A stretch of DNA of 64,000 nt from positions 1,134-65,133 of IMG/VR virus record IMGVR_UViG_3300032220_001761. The stretch is one strand, 5' to 3'. The DNA comes from a virus. Taxonomy: Duplodnaviria; Heunggongvirae; Uroviricota; Caudoviricetes. Each line of letters starts with the position of its first letter. Position 1 is the stretch's first letter. This document shows, piece by piece, positions 9,303 through 18,737 of this stretch. A program made the position numbers and the translations under genes. The notes under the pieces were generated by a model that did no database searches, was not told where the DNA came from, and saw only the letters and a list, made by a program, of their open reading frames with translations.

Positions 9303-10298
9303 TTATCTAGGACCAAGGAAGCCTAAATTACCGCCTCTTTTTATTTTAGGAGCCTTTTTCATATCTGTAAGATTTCCTAGAGCTTCTGAAAAATCTTTTC
9401 CCATTACAATAACAGATATGATTAATTCTTTAAGATGAGATAATGACATACCCTCGGTTGATTCTATCCAAACAGGCATATCTACATTACTAAGATCCTC
9501 TTCAGATAGCTTATTTTTTATGTATGCTTCTCTAATTTCTTTAGAAGGCATTTCAACTTGATATCTTCTATCAAATCTTGAAGGTCTGTTAGTTATTCTT
9601 TCTTGTAGTTTTTCCGGATAGTTAGTGGTTGCTATATAAACAACATTTTCGATTTGCTTAACTCCATCAAGGATATTTAAAAGCTTGGTTGTCGAATAAC
9701 GGTCTTCACCAGCAAGAGCATCAATATCCTCAAGAATAACAATTAAAGGTCTTTCTGGCTCGATCTTACGAATGGTTGGAATAAATTCAACGAAAGATTT
9801 AAAATCGTCTTCCTCCTTAATGTTTATTACAATTCCGTTCTCTCTATCGATTAATTTCTTTATACAAAGCTGTATTATCCCTGATTTTCCACACCCAGGT
9901 TCTCCCCATAAAAGTATACCTCTTTTGTGTACGAAGTTGTATTTTCTGTAAACATCTTTTTTGTCCCAAAATAGCTGTATATCGCTAAGGATACTTTGTA
10001 TCTCTGGTGATGGCAATTCGTAAAGTTCATCTACCTTCAATTTTTGTTTAACCATGACATGGGTCTGAAGGTTAGAATTCCATATGATCTCATAGAGACC
10101 AGATGGAACTTTCGGTATCGAAACGTAAGAAGGGGCAAATGTCTCATTTTGAAGTATAGACCATTCAGTTGGAGATTGGATATCTATGTTATCTAATCCT
10201 TCCTGGTCCATTATATAGTCGTCTATAATGTGGTTATTTCTCATATTTTTAATTAAGCGGTTTATACCTGACTGCCTCATCCCTCTCTTATTTTTCAT
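9303..10298 (-). CDS. AAA+ ATPase (classic AAA clade)
   Basis: Walker A GEPGCGKSG, Walker B IVILEDIDA, second region of homology NRPSRFDRR with arginine fingers. Confidence 0.8.
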   Translation of the reverse strand: MKNKRGMRQSGINRLIKNMRNNHIIDDYIMDQEGLDNIDIQSPTEWSILQNETFAPSYVSIPKVPSGLYEIIWNSNLQTHVMVKQKLKVDELYELPSPEIQSILSDIQLFWDKKDVYRKYNFVHKRGILLWGEPGCGKSGIIQLCIKKLIDRENGIVINIKEEDDFKSFVEFIPTIRKIEPERPLIVILEDIDALAGEDRYSTTKLLNILDGVKQIENVVYIATTNYPEKLQERITNRPSRFDRRYQVEMPSKEIREAYIKNKLSEEDLSNVDMPVWIESTEGMSLSHLKELIISVIVMGKDFSEALGNLTDMKKAPKIKRGGNLGFLGPR

Positions 10299-11397
10299 TC
10301 AATAGAAACTTGTTACTTATAGCCTTGAACGAGATTTTTCTGTTCTTGCTCCTCATAACAACTCCCTCACGATCGAAATGCTGATTAAGAATTGATTTTC
10401 CATCAGCATATTTTAAAATCTCTTCTATTGTAGAAGGGAGAATATAATTTGTTTCTATTTTTGGAACTGTTTCTAAGCCTAACACATTAATAGTTTCCTC
10501 GAATTCATTTAGACCTGCATACTCATGATTATCAATATTAAATACGTTGAAGAAGTATACTTTTTGTCCCTTAATTTTATAAGGATTTCCTTGTATTCCC
10601 TCTCCCACTAATTCACCTTGGAAAGATACATTGTACCCTAGAGATTTCATCTTATTTTCTAGATTCATTTCCCTTGCTACTCTCCAGAATGTATTTCCTT
10701 CTGTTTCCAAAAGTTCTAAATTTCTAGAGCAAACACCAAATACACCGTCATTATAGTAGAAGGTTGAAGATGATCCATCAAGTTTTTCAGAAACGTAAAA
10801 TCCATCAGAAAACTCTTCTCTCCATTTTTCTACCTCAGAGCTTAGATTTTGTATTCTCTCCTCGTCGGTTTTTGGTATGAAAGAAGGAAAAAGACCTTTA
10901 GCAAGTCCAGCTAATTCTGCTGGCATAGGTGGCTCGTATTTAACGATACCAAGTACTTCCGTAAGATCCTCTCCTTCTCTTACAGGAACCATGTCTTTAG
11001 GTGTTATCAAAACTCCGTTTGGCTCTATAGCAAAAAAAGTACCTTCTTCTAAAACCAATGCAGTTTCAGAGAGCCTATAATTTGCAGAGTTGATAGCATC
11101 CTTTAGTGGTATTATCAATCCTTGAGAAACCTGCCCTCTAAGTTTGATTGTCTTTAATCTGAATCCCTCAGACCCATCAGCCATTTTTTTATAGGATGAC
11201 TTACGTAGAAATTCGAACTGCTCCTTTATAGGAAGAAATGAATCAATCTCGCAATAAACTGCTAGATCTCCAACTTTATGTCCTACATTTTTTGCTACGA
11301 CCACTTTCCATCCGTTTACAATTGCTAACTCTATAGCATCTGCACCTTCGATAGGAAGAATATCTTTTATCTTTTGTATACTTGCTAGTTTTCTCAT
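10288..11397 (-). CDS. ATP-dependent RNA ligase (Rnl family, N-terminal OB-like domain plus nucleotidyltransferase domain)
   Basis: Ligase motif I EKLDGSS (KxDG), motif IV EGVV, motif V KISFKAISNKF. N-terminal ASIQKIKDILPIEGADAIELAIVNGWKVVVAK resembles the DraRnl/Pab1020-type N-domain. Confidence 0.7.
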   Translation of the reverse strand: MRKLASIQKIKDILPIEGADAIELAIVNGWKVVVAKNVGHKVGDLAVYCEIDSFLPIKEQFEFLRKSSYKKMADGSEGFRLKTIKLRGQVSQGLIIPLKDAINSANYRLSETALVLEEGTFFAIEPNGVLITPKDMVPVREGEDLTEVLGIVKYEPPMPAELAGLAKGLFPSFIPKTDEERIQNLSSEVEKWREEFSDGFYVSEKLDGSSSTFYYNDGVFGVCSRNLELLETEGNTFWRVAREMNLENKMKSLGYNVSFQGELVGEGIQGNPYKIKGQKVYFFNVFNIDNHEYAGLNEFEETINVLGLETVPKIETNYILPSTIEEILKYADGKSILNQHFDREGVVMRSKNRKISFKAISNKFLLNEK

Positions 11398-11681
11398 CTT
11401 ATATTTTGTTTTGCACGTTCTAAATTAATTTCACCTATGTAATAAAAATCTGCTTCCACACAGGTACCAACACCCCAAACAGGTTTTACCCCGTCCCATA
11501 TTCCTTCAGAGTCCCTATAAATTATATCTAAAGTACGTATTTTATTACCGACGGTCTCAGTAATTTCATTTATCACGTTAGTAATATCGTTAGTTACAGA
11601 TTTTCCTCCAATATTTAGATCTACTATATGAAGGACATTACCCGTAATCTTCCAATCATAGTGGCTTGTTCCCATTTTCAT
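11394..11681 (-). CDS. hypothetical protein
   Basis: 95-aa ORF, 4-bp overlap with the RNA ligase. Confidence 0.45.
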   Translation of the reverse strand: MKMGTSHYDWKITGNVLHIVDLNIGGKSVTNDITNVINEITETVGNKIRTLDIIYRDSEGIWDGVKPVWGVGTCVEADFYYIGEINLERAKQNIR

Positions 11682-11779
11682 TTTTTCCTAATTTAATAAT
11701 GCAATTTTAGAAAATTCTTACCATATAAAAAAACTTTTAAGGATAAAAATATTCACAACCCGGTTTTAATATATAAATC

Positions 11780-12172
11780 ATGAATTCGATCTTACTAGAT
11801 TTTTCTTGGTATTATGAAAACCCTATAGATTTCGAGCATAAGCAATGGGTTCTTTTTTCATATCTGCAGAAGGTAGATAATGCTTTTTATGAAAGAAATT
11901 TTTCCCCGTGGCTTTTACATACTGAAAAATTGTGCGACGATATGAGAATATCTTTAGAATATCTTCGCAGCTTTCAAAAGGGAATAACAAAGAAATCTTT
12001 ACTTCTATCAATGGAGGGAATAAAAATGATTGAAGCCAAACCTACAACTAAAGAGATAGAGGTTGTAGAGGAAATAGTTAATTTTTCAATACCACTTTTA
12101 GAACAAAGAATAGATCTAGGAAGAAAACTACACAAACAATATCCAACAATTCTATATGATACAGAATTATAA
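11780..12172 (+). CDS. hypothetical protein
   Basis: 130-aa ORF. Confidence 0.45.
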   Translation: MNSILLDFSWYYENPIDFEHKQWVLFSYLQKVDNAFYERNFSPWLLHTEKLCDDMRISLEYLRSFQKGITKKSLLLSMEGIKMIEAKPTTKEIEVVEEIVNFSIPLLEQRIDLGRKLHKQYPTILYDTEL

Positions 12173-12365
12173 TGACTACATGGAGCAGATCAAGAAGAAA
12201 CTTGATGCTATGAATAAAGCAGCAGGATTCGATCCAAATGCTGCAAAAATAGAGAGAGCACATGCAAATAATTCAATGCCTTCTAATGAAATCTTTGACA
12301 TGATAGGAGCAGGAGCTCAAAGATATTTACAACAGAAAAAAGATCAAGAGAAAAATAATCTATAA
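12156..12365 (+). CDS. hypothetical small protein
   Basis: 69-aa ORF between 11780 gene and the sigma factor. Confidence 0.3.
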   Translation: MIQNYNDYMEQIKKKLDAMNKAAGFDPNAAKIERAHANNSMPSNEIFDMIGAGAQRYLQQKKDQEKNNL

Positions 12366-12421
12366 TCCGTAACTAAATCCATTTCTACTTGTAGAATATT
12401 GAAATCTTAAGACCAAACTAG

Positions 12422-13294
12422 ATGAAGGATTTCAAGATAAATATTAGGTACACGGACACATCTGAAAACCTTTCAAGATATTTCTCAGAAGTTAGTAAAC
12501 ACAAGATTCTGAGCCCAGATGAAGAGGCAGAATTAGCATTTAAAGCAAAAGAAGGGGATCCAATTGCTAAGGATAAAATAATAAAGTCCAACCTCAGATT
12601 TGTAATTACAGTTGCAAAATCATACGCTTCAAAAAATTCTCCACTGGAAGATTTGATATCAGAGGGAAATAAAGGATTAGTAGAAGCTATAGAAATCTTT
12701 GACCCAACAACAGGATTCAAATTTATAAGCTATGCTGTTTGGCACATAAGAAAAAATATATTCGTATATCTTAATAATCATTCCCGAATGGTAAGACTTC
12801 CTCAGAATGTTTTAAGCGAGATGAAGAAGGTAGAAAAAGTACAGGATTACTTTGTAAGAAATTATGGAAGGGAAGGGAATTATAAAGAGATAATTGAATT
12901 GATGGAAGAAAATGGTATGGGAATACCATCAGATAGAATATTAGACATCATAGAAAATAAGCCAGTTACGATAGCTTTAGATTCTGGTAATTCTAGTGAG
13001 AATGAAGCTCTTTCCCCTATAGACTGGCTAAAATCGGAAGATGATATAGACGTTACTATTTTTAGAACTGACGAAAAAGAAATTGTTGATCAAATACTTC
13101 CTTACTTAAATGATATAGACAGGAAGATCGTTAAAATGAAATACGGTTTAGATGACAAGGGTGAAAGATCCTATTCGGAAATAGGCATGTACTTCGAAAG
13201 ATCCAGTGAATGGGTTAGATTATCTCTCAGAAAAGCAATTAAGAGAATGATGGTAATAGCAAGAAGGAAAAAAATAGAATTACCTTTTAGATAA
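12422..13294 (+). CDS. RNA polymerase sigma-70 family factor
   Basis: Region 2 DLISEGNKGLVEAIEIFDP..GFKFISYAVWHIRKNI and region 4 helix-turn-helix YSEIGMYFERSSEWVRLSLRKAIKRM. Confidence 0.8.
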   Translation: MKDFKINIRYTDTSENLSRYFSEVSKHKILSPDEEAELAFKAKEGDPIAKDKIIKSNLRFVITVAKSYASKNSPLEDLISEGNKGLVEAIEIFDPTTGFKFISYAVWHIRKNIFVYLNNHSRMVRLPQNVLSEMKKVEKVQDYFVRNYGREGNYKEIIELMEENGMGIPSDRILDIIENKPVTIALDSGNSSENEALSPIDWLKSEDDIDVTIFRTDEKEIVDQILPYLNDIDRKIVKMKYGLDDKGERSYSEIGMYFERSSEWVRLSLRKAIKRMMVIARRKKIELPFR

Positions 13295-13613
13295 TATCTG
13301 TCTCTTGTATCTTAAACGGTAATTGGTTTTTGTATCGGTAAAAATAAAAAAGAGCGTATTCGTCTTCGTTCATAGAAGAGGTATCGTATATTCTTTCGCT
13401 CCATTCTCCTTTAGCCGGGTCAGTTTTAAGATACTTCATCGCTACATCAGATCCTTTCTCTATAAGATCTATTAACTGCCTATTAAGTCTATCCTTTTCT
13501 TCCTTAGCTTTTTTTAAGGAGAGAGAAATTCCTTGTATCCATTCTCTTGGAGTATCACCTTTGATAGAATAGTACCCCATTATAATATACACTTTTTTAC
13601 TTTTTGTCTCCAT
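13287..13613 (-). CDS. hypothetical protein
   Basis: 108-aa ORF converging on the sigma gene. Confidence 0.45.
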   Translation of the reverse strand: METKSKKVYIIMGYYSIKGDTPREWIQGISLSLKKAKEEKDRLNRQLIDLIEKGSDVAMKYLKTDPAKGEWSERIYDTSSMNEDEYALFYFYRYKNQLPFKIQETDII

Positions 13614-13916
13614 TTATTCGTTTCAATAATTCAATCTCTTTCTTTTTTATTCTCTCATCATAAGAATCCATCTTTCTTCCATTGGTGAAAAACCACCCAA
13701 ATTTAGAATCAATTAAATAATCCAATTTTAAAAAAAATAATTTCATTGCTTACACTTTTAATAAGGTCAATTTAATACAAATTTTCTTTTTGACCAAAGA
13801 AACTTTTTAACATATATAGGTTTAAATGTATTATGTCACTAGCATCTATAATACTAATAATAATCTTATACCAATCTATTGGTTTATTGCTAATATATCT
13901 AAACGGAGAAAAAGAA

Positions 13917-13994
13917 ATGAATCCGATAGCTATACCAATTTTTGTTTTAGCTTGGCCTTTAGTTTTTATCGGTAGATGGCTTAGAATTTTTTAG
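13917..13994 (+). CDS. candidate 25-aa hydrophobic micropeptide (MNPIAIPIFVLAWPLVFIGRWLRIF)
   Basis: ATG preceded by GGAG 8 nt upstream. Single predicted TM helix. Sits in an otherwise empty 377-bp AT-rich gap. Too short for the ORF track. Confidence 0.25.
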   Translation: MNPIAIPIFVLAWPLVFIGRWLRIF

Positions 13995-14626
13995 TCCCAC
14001 CATCCTCTTATCCCTGATCCATCAAATTGTCTTAACCAATTATCATATGATTCGTTATGATCAGTTCCCTCAGGTGATTGTTGAAATTTGCTATAATCTT
14101 GGCCTTCTAGTGTAGTCCATAATTCTTTAAACATACTTTCCTCGATCTCTCTGGCTCTATCAAATATTCTTCTGTTGTTATCCTTCTCCTCCTCAGTTTC
14201 ATTATCCACAAGTGATACGGTTCCATTTCCTTCACCAGAATCTTCAAATTCCCAATCTCTATGAATAATGCTTATTCCTAGATCTTTTTCAGCAAGGTCT
14301 ATAAAATCCTCTTTTCTAAAATGACCAAGTATCTCAACTACTCTTCGCATTTTTTGAATTTTCTTTTCTGATGTTTCTCTTACCTCATTACCTCTTTCAT
14401 CCACATTTTTTGCAATGTCAGAAATAGAGGTTTCAATAAAGTTAAAAACCGTATGGTGACCAGACCACCATCGGTGATTGTAGAGGGCTTTTCTGAAAAT
14501 CCATATATTTCTGAAAAATCTTGGGAGATCATATCTTAAAAAATCCCAGGTCTTCCAGTACCATCTTTCTCGGGCAATCATTTTTTCGAAGCTTTCGAAA
14601 AATGTGTCTTTAAATTTTACTTCCAT
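13991..14626 (-). CDS. hypothetical protein
   Basis: 211-aa ORF, Trp/Arg-rich N-terminus, acidic C-terminal half. Confidence 0.45.
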   Translation of the reverse strand: MEVKFKDTFFESFEKMIARERWYWKTWDFLRYDLPRFFRNIWIFRKALYNHRWWSGHHTVFNFIETSISDIAKNVDERGNEVRETSEKKIQKMRRVVEILGHFRKEDFIDLAEKDLGISIIHRDWEFEDSGEGNGTVSLVDNETEEEKDNNRRIFDRAREIEESMFKELWTTLEGQDYSKFQQSPEGTDHNESYDNWLRQFDGSGIRGWWD

Positions 14627-14696
14627 ATCAATCTTATTTATTCACCACACAAAGGTTTCTTTTTTAAATCAGGATAAATACAAGAATAAAACATAC

Positions 14697-15551
14697 ATGA
14701 TGAAACACATCAAGACAAGAAATCAATTTTTAAACGAACAGCTATTTGGTAACGCCTACGGGCAATTATTAGATCTTTTAGGAATAGGAGATCCTAAAGA
14801 TATAAAAGAACCTAAGGCATCAGTGGTTAACGGGGAAGTTAAGTTTAACCAGTCTGGAGATAAAGCAAAAAATATACAGATACTAATTGATACCATGAAA
14901 AAACACGGCATCACTAATCCTTACACACAAATTGCAATTTTAGGAGTTATAGGTAAGGAAAGTAACTACATTCCAAAGATTGAAAAAGGATACGGAAATA
15001 CATCAAATCAAAGAATCAGAAAAATATTTGGATCAAGAGTTAGCGATTTAAGTGATGCACAATTAGACCAAATTAAAAAAGACGACGCTAAGTTTTTTGA
15101 TCTTGTTTATGGTCCAGGTGACAAGACTGGAAAATCTCAAAAATATGGAAATTCTTCTGTTGGTGACGGATGGAAATACAGAGGTAGAGGATTCAATCAA
15201 TTAACCTTTAAAGGATCTTACGAAAAGATGCAAAAGCTCTTGGATGCTAAAACTAAATTGAATAAATCTGCTAACATTGTAACTAATCCAGATCTTTTAG
15301 ACGATCCAGAGGTTGCTGCAGAAATTGCAACGCTATATTTTATATCAAGAGCAGCAAGTCCTCAAATGGCTCAAAAGTTCGGTGTATCCGATATAAATGG
15401 ATTTAAAGACCAATTTACTGCAACTAAAGCTATGACTAACGCAAACGCAGGATGGGGCAACGATGTAACGAACGATGAAGGATTTACAAGAGCTCAACAA
15501 TACGCTGCTAACTTTAACGTGGATCAGTCAGGAACTGCATCCATGGCTTGA
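14697..15551 (+). CDS. glycoside hydrolase family 19 (chitinase/lysozyme-like) protein. Paralog of the 51758 endolysin
   Basis: GH19 core motifs ILGVIGKESNY..., KYRGRGFNQLTFKGSY. Start moved to Met at 14697 because the ORF-track start at 14604 overlaps the upstream minus gene. Confidence 0.65.
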   Translation: MMKHIKTRNQFLNEQLFGNAYGQLLDLLGIGDPKDIKEPKASVVNGEVKFNQSGDKAKNIQILIDTMKKHGITNPYTQIAILGVIGKESNYIPKIEKGYGNTSNQRIRKIFGSRVSDLSDAQLDQIKKDDAKFFDLVYGPGDKTGKSQKYGNSSVGDGWKYRGRGFNQLTFKGSYEKMQKLLDAKTKLNKSANIVTNPDLLDDPEVAAEIATLYFISRAASPQMAQKFGVSDINGFKDQFTATKAMTNANAGWGNDVTNDEGFTRAQQYAANFNVDQSGTASMA

Positions 15552-15677
15552 TATATAATAAGTTAACTTTTTGACTCGTGTTCCATTGATCGAAATGGAA
15601 TCCTATAGGGGAAGGCTGCTATTGAAAGCTTAAAGTCTTTCTTATTTTTTATCCCCACAAATAAAATAATTTTTTAA

Positions 15678-17945
15678 ATGAAAAACTTTTTGGTTTTATT
15701 GTTGTGCTTTATAGCACACGTGGGATTTTCGCAAAATCTATTTAAGGACGTAAACAAGCAGGTAATGCTTGTTCCAACACCAGGACAAGAAACGTCTCTG
15801 GTAAATTTTGTATCTGAAAGTAATTCTGAGATTGTATTACACTTTAAGGAACTAAATTGGTATTTGATAAAAATACCAGACGAAGTTTCCCAGGACGAAT
15901 ATCTTTCATATTGTAAGGGTAAAAATTTCATAAAAGCATTTTATAAGGATGAGGTTATGGAATACAACAGGGATTATATTCCAAACGATCCTAATTTTAA
16001 TCTATCCTGGCACTTAAAACAAGCATCAGATGCAGATATAGATGCAGACGAGGCTTGGGATTTAGTATCTAATAATGGTGGCTACACAACAGTTGCAGTT
16101 TTTGATGGTGGATTCGAGCCATTGCACGAGGATCTAGTAGGTAACTACAATAACATTTTTAATGCTGTTACAAATCTTCCTTATAATGGAGCTTTTGCAA
16201 ATTCATTTGATAGACATGGGGTTGCTTGTTCTGGAGTTATAGCTGCTGTTACCAATAATGGAATTGGTGTATCAAGCGTGGGAAATAATCTGGTTCAGGT
16301 TATGCCAATCAATATAATGTCGGGTGTTTATAGTGGAGGATCTTTTAATACATCTTCTTCGATTCAAATTAATGCTATAAATGCTGCAATGGCTAATCCA
16401 ACTTGTGTTGCTATATCTATGTCATACAGCGGATCTTCTTTTAGCCAAGCACTAAATGATGCCTTTTTGACCGCTAGTACAACAGCTAGAGGTGGAAAAG
16501 GAATACTATGTTTTGCAAGTTCTGGTAATGGATATTCAGGAACTGCAACAAATTATCCAGCTTGGTACCCTTCAGTATGGGGTGTTGGAGCTACAGGTCA
16601 ATCAGATACAAAAGCATCTTTCTCCAATTTTGGTCAAATATGTGACATATCAGCTCCAGGATCTTCAATAGTAACAACTGATAGAATAGGTTCAGAAGGA
16701 TATAGCTCCACTTCGAATTATGCAACAGTATCAGGAACTTCTTTTAGTTGTCCAATGACAGCTGCAGCATCAGCATTGGTTGCTTATAGAAATAGTACAT
16801 TAACTGCCGATCAGATTATGTCTATACTATCCCAGACTTGCGATAAAGTTGGAGGATATTCATACACAAATAATCCAAATTTTCCATATTCGACTAGATC
16901 TAATGAATTAGGATACGGAAGAATTAATCTGAAGAATGCAATATTAATGACCCCAGACAACGGAGGGGGAACACCTCCTCCTGTTACAAATCATGATATT
17001 GTTCTAATAAACCCATCAGTTTCTCCACAGACTGGATTATATGGATCTACAATTTCTATATCATGTACACAATTAACAATGAATCCTTCATTGGGAAGTG
17101 TAAATAGTATTATACAATATAGATATTCTTCCAATACAACATGGGGTGATGCTGACGACATTATAATAGGAACTGACACAACGGTTCTTGGTGGAGGTGT
17201 TATATCTGGGACTGAAAATATTTCCTTTATAGTTCCAAGCCAGTCCGGAACTAAATACATTCTAATTAAGTCTAATTTTGATGGATCTATAATAGAATCT
17301 AATTATAGCAATAATCTAGGTGTGGCTAATTTTATACCTATAGATCCTAATATAGCTCTTGCTGATTTGTCGGTGGAATATTTACTTCCTACAACTTCTG
17401 AAATTGTTTTAACTCCTAATCAGATCTCTGTCAATTTTAGATGGAGATTTACAAACACAGGGACAGTTCCTATTACATCCTTCTCATATGAGAAAAAATG
17501 GGTAAATTGCACAGGAAGTTTTATTTTTAGCTGTTACTCAAATTCGTCATGGAGCGGAAATCTTTTACCTGGTCAATCAGTAGTTCTTCCAGGACAGAAT
17601 TCTTGGATTTCATCAAATACTTGCCCACAGCTATCTAATCCTTCCTCGACAGTTTGTTTTGTTCCTTTAGGTGGATCTAACACATACAGGACAACGATTG
17701 TTTCAGTGAATGGATCAACTGGAGATTATAATTCTTTAAATAACATAAGGGATATTAACTTTTCAAGACCTCTTCCTGCAGAAGGATCTGTTGATCTCTA
17801 CAGTGTAGATCCAACATACGTTGAAATATACACAGTTACAGGCAGTCTTTTAGATAAAGCAAGATGGGATGAATTACCTAGCGGGATCTATCTAGTAAAA
17901 GAGATTTATCCAGATGAAACTAGAGTGATAAAAAGAGCAAAATAA
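15678..17945 (+). CDS. secreted subtilisin-like serine protease (S8) with C-terminal beta domains and a type IX secretion (Por) C-terminal sorting domain
   Basis: Signal peptide MKNFLVLLLCFIAHVGFSQ. Catalytic triad contexts VAVFDGG (Asp), HGVACSGVIAA (His), GTSFSCPMTAAAS (Ser). CARDB-like segment. C-terminus ELPSGIYLVKEIYPDETRVIKRAK resembles the T9SS CTD. Confidence 0.8.
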   Translation: MKNFLVLLLCFIAHVGFSQNLFKDVNKQVMLVPTPGQETSLVNFVSESNSEIVLHFKELNWYLIKIPDEVSQDEYLSYCKGKNFIKAFYKDEVMEYNRDYIPNDPNFNLSWHLKQASDADIDADEAWDLVSNNGGYTTVAVFDGGFEPLHEDLVGNYNNIFNAVTNLPYNGAFANSFDRHGVACSGVIAAVTNNGIGVSSVGNNLVQVMPINIMSGVYSGGSFNTSSSIQINAINAAMANPTCVAISMSYSGSSFSQALNDAFLTASTTARGGKGILCFASSGNGYSGTATNYPAWYPSVWGVGATGQSDTKASFSNFGQICDISAPGSSIVTTDRIGSEGYSSTSNYATVSGTSFSCPMTAAASALVAYRNSTLTADQIMSILSQTCDKVGGYSYTNNPNFPYSTRSNELGYGRINLKNAILMTPDNGGGTPPPVTNHDIVLINPSVSPQTGLYGSTISISCTQLTMNPSLGSVNSIIQYRYSSNTTWGDADDIIIGTDTTVLGGGVISGTENISFIVPSQSGTKYILIKSNFDGSIIESNYSNNLGVANFIPIDPNIALADLSVEYLLPTTSEIVLTPNQISVNFRWRFTNTGTVPITSFSYEKKWVNCTGSFIFSCYSNSSWSGNLLPGQSVVLPGQNSWISSNTCPQLSNPSSTVCFVPLGGSNTYRTTIVSVNGSTGDYNSLNNIRDINFSRPLPAEGSVDLYSVDPTYVEIYTVTGSLLDKARWDELPSGIYLVKEIYPDETRVIKRAK

Positions 17946-18353
17946 ATGATATCTAAGAATTTCATTATTCTATTGTTCGTCTTTATTTCAAGCGTATCTT
18001 ATTCTCAATCTACTAAGGATTCTTATATAAGAGAGCTTGAAATAAAGATAGAACAGCAGCAGCTATCGATAGATTCACTGGATTTTTATTTACAGTCCTC
18101 AAAAATAGTTATGCTTAAGCAAAACGAAAAGAGGAAGATCTGGATGAAAATAGCAGGATCTGAAATGTTAGTAGGAGCTGGTATAGGTATAGGTGTTTTA
18201 ACAGGATTATGGGTTCCAGTTTTCATGGGTGTTGCATTGGTTGAACTTTTTATAATCACTGAAGGAAATTATAGACTAAATCTAAAATCTATAAAAAAGA
18301 ATAAACCAATTTACAGGAGGGATAAGCCAGACGGTAAATTAGGTCACAAATAA
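17946..18353 (+). CDS. small exported/membrane protein
   Basis: Signal peptide (ILLFVFISSVSYSQ) and a C-terminal TM helix. Start codon abuts the protease stop. Confidence 0.45.
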   Translation: MISKNFIILLFVFISSVSYSQSTKDSYIRELEIKIEQQQLSIDSLDFYLQSSKIVMLKQNEKRKIWMKIAGSEMLVGAGIGIGVLTGLWVPVFMGVALVELFIITEGNYRLNLKSIKKNKPIYRRDKPDGKLGHK

Positions 18354-18355
18354 AA

Positions 18356-18733
18356 ATGAAAATGAAAAAAATATGTTTTTTAATAATCCTTTCTTTAGTT
18401 GTCCTTTCCTCATTTAAACCAAGAGAAGATAAAGACGGAATAATTTACTGGATAGACAGAGAGGAAAAAGATGTTTTTATAAGCGTATTTGGTGCAAGAT
18501 ATAATATCGAGTACGAGATAGCAGACTCTCTGGTCGAAAGATTTGAAAAGGATACGATCACTAGACAGATAGAAATAAACTCCAAAATAGGAGTTATAAC
18601 AGGATGCTATGATTACTATGACAATGTCAACCATATCTTAGTTACTTTCTGTGTAGACAAATATGAGCTATCTAATGGTGATGTATACTATCCAAGGAAG
18701 ACTACAGATTATTGCTCTTGTATAGGATTTTAA
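18356..18733 (+). CDS. small secreted protein
   Basis: Signal peptide MKMKKICFLIILSLVVLSSF. Four Cys. Confidence 0.45.
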   Translation: MKMKKICFLIILSLVVLSSFKPREDKDGIIYWIDREEKDVFISVFGARYNIEYEIADSLVERFEKDTITRQIEINSKIGVITGCYDYYDNVNHILVTFCVDKYELSNGDVYYPRKTTDYCSCIGF

Positions 18734-18737
18734 TAAA

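Noticed and set aside
15580-15602. Hairpin TTCCATT-GATCGA-AATGGAA after the GH19 paralog
   Set aside because: 7-bp AT-rich stem with no following U-tract. Not convincing as a terminator. Possibly a regulatory site, but too weak to call.
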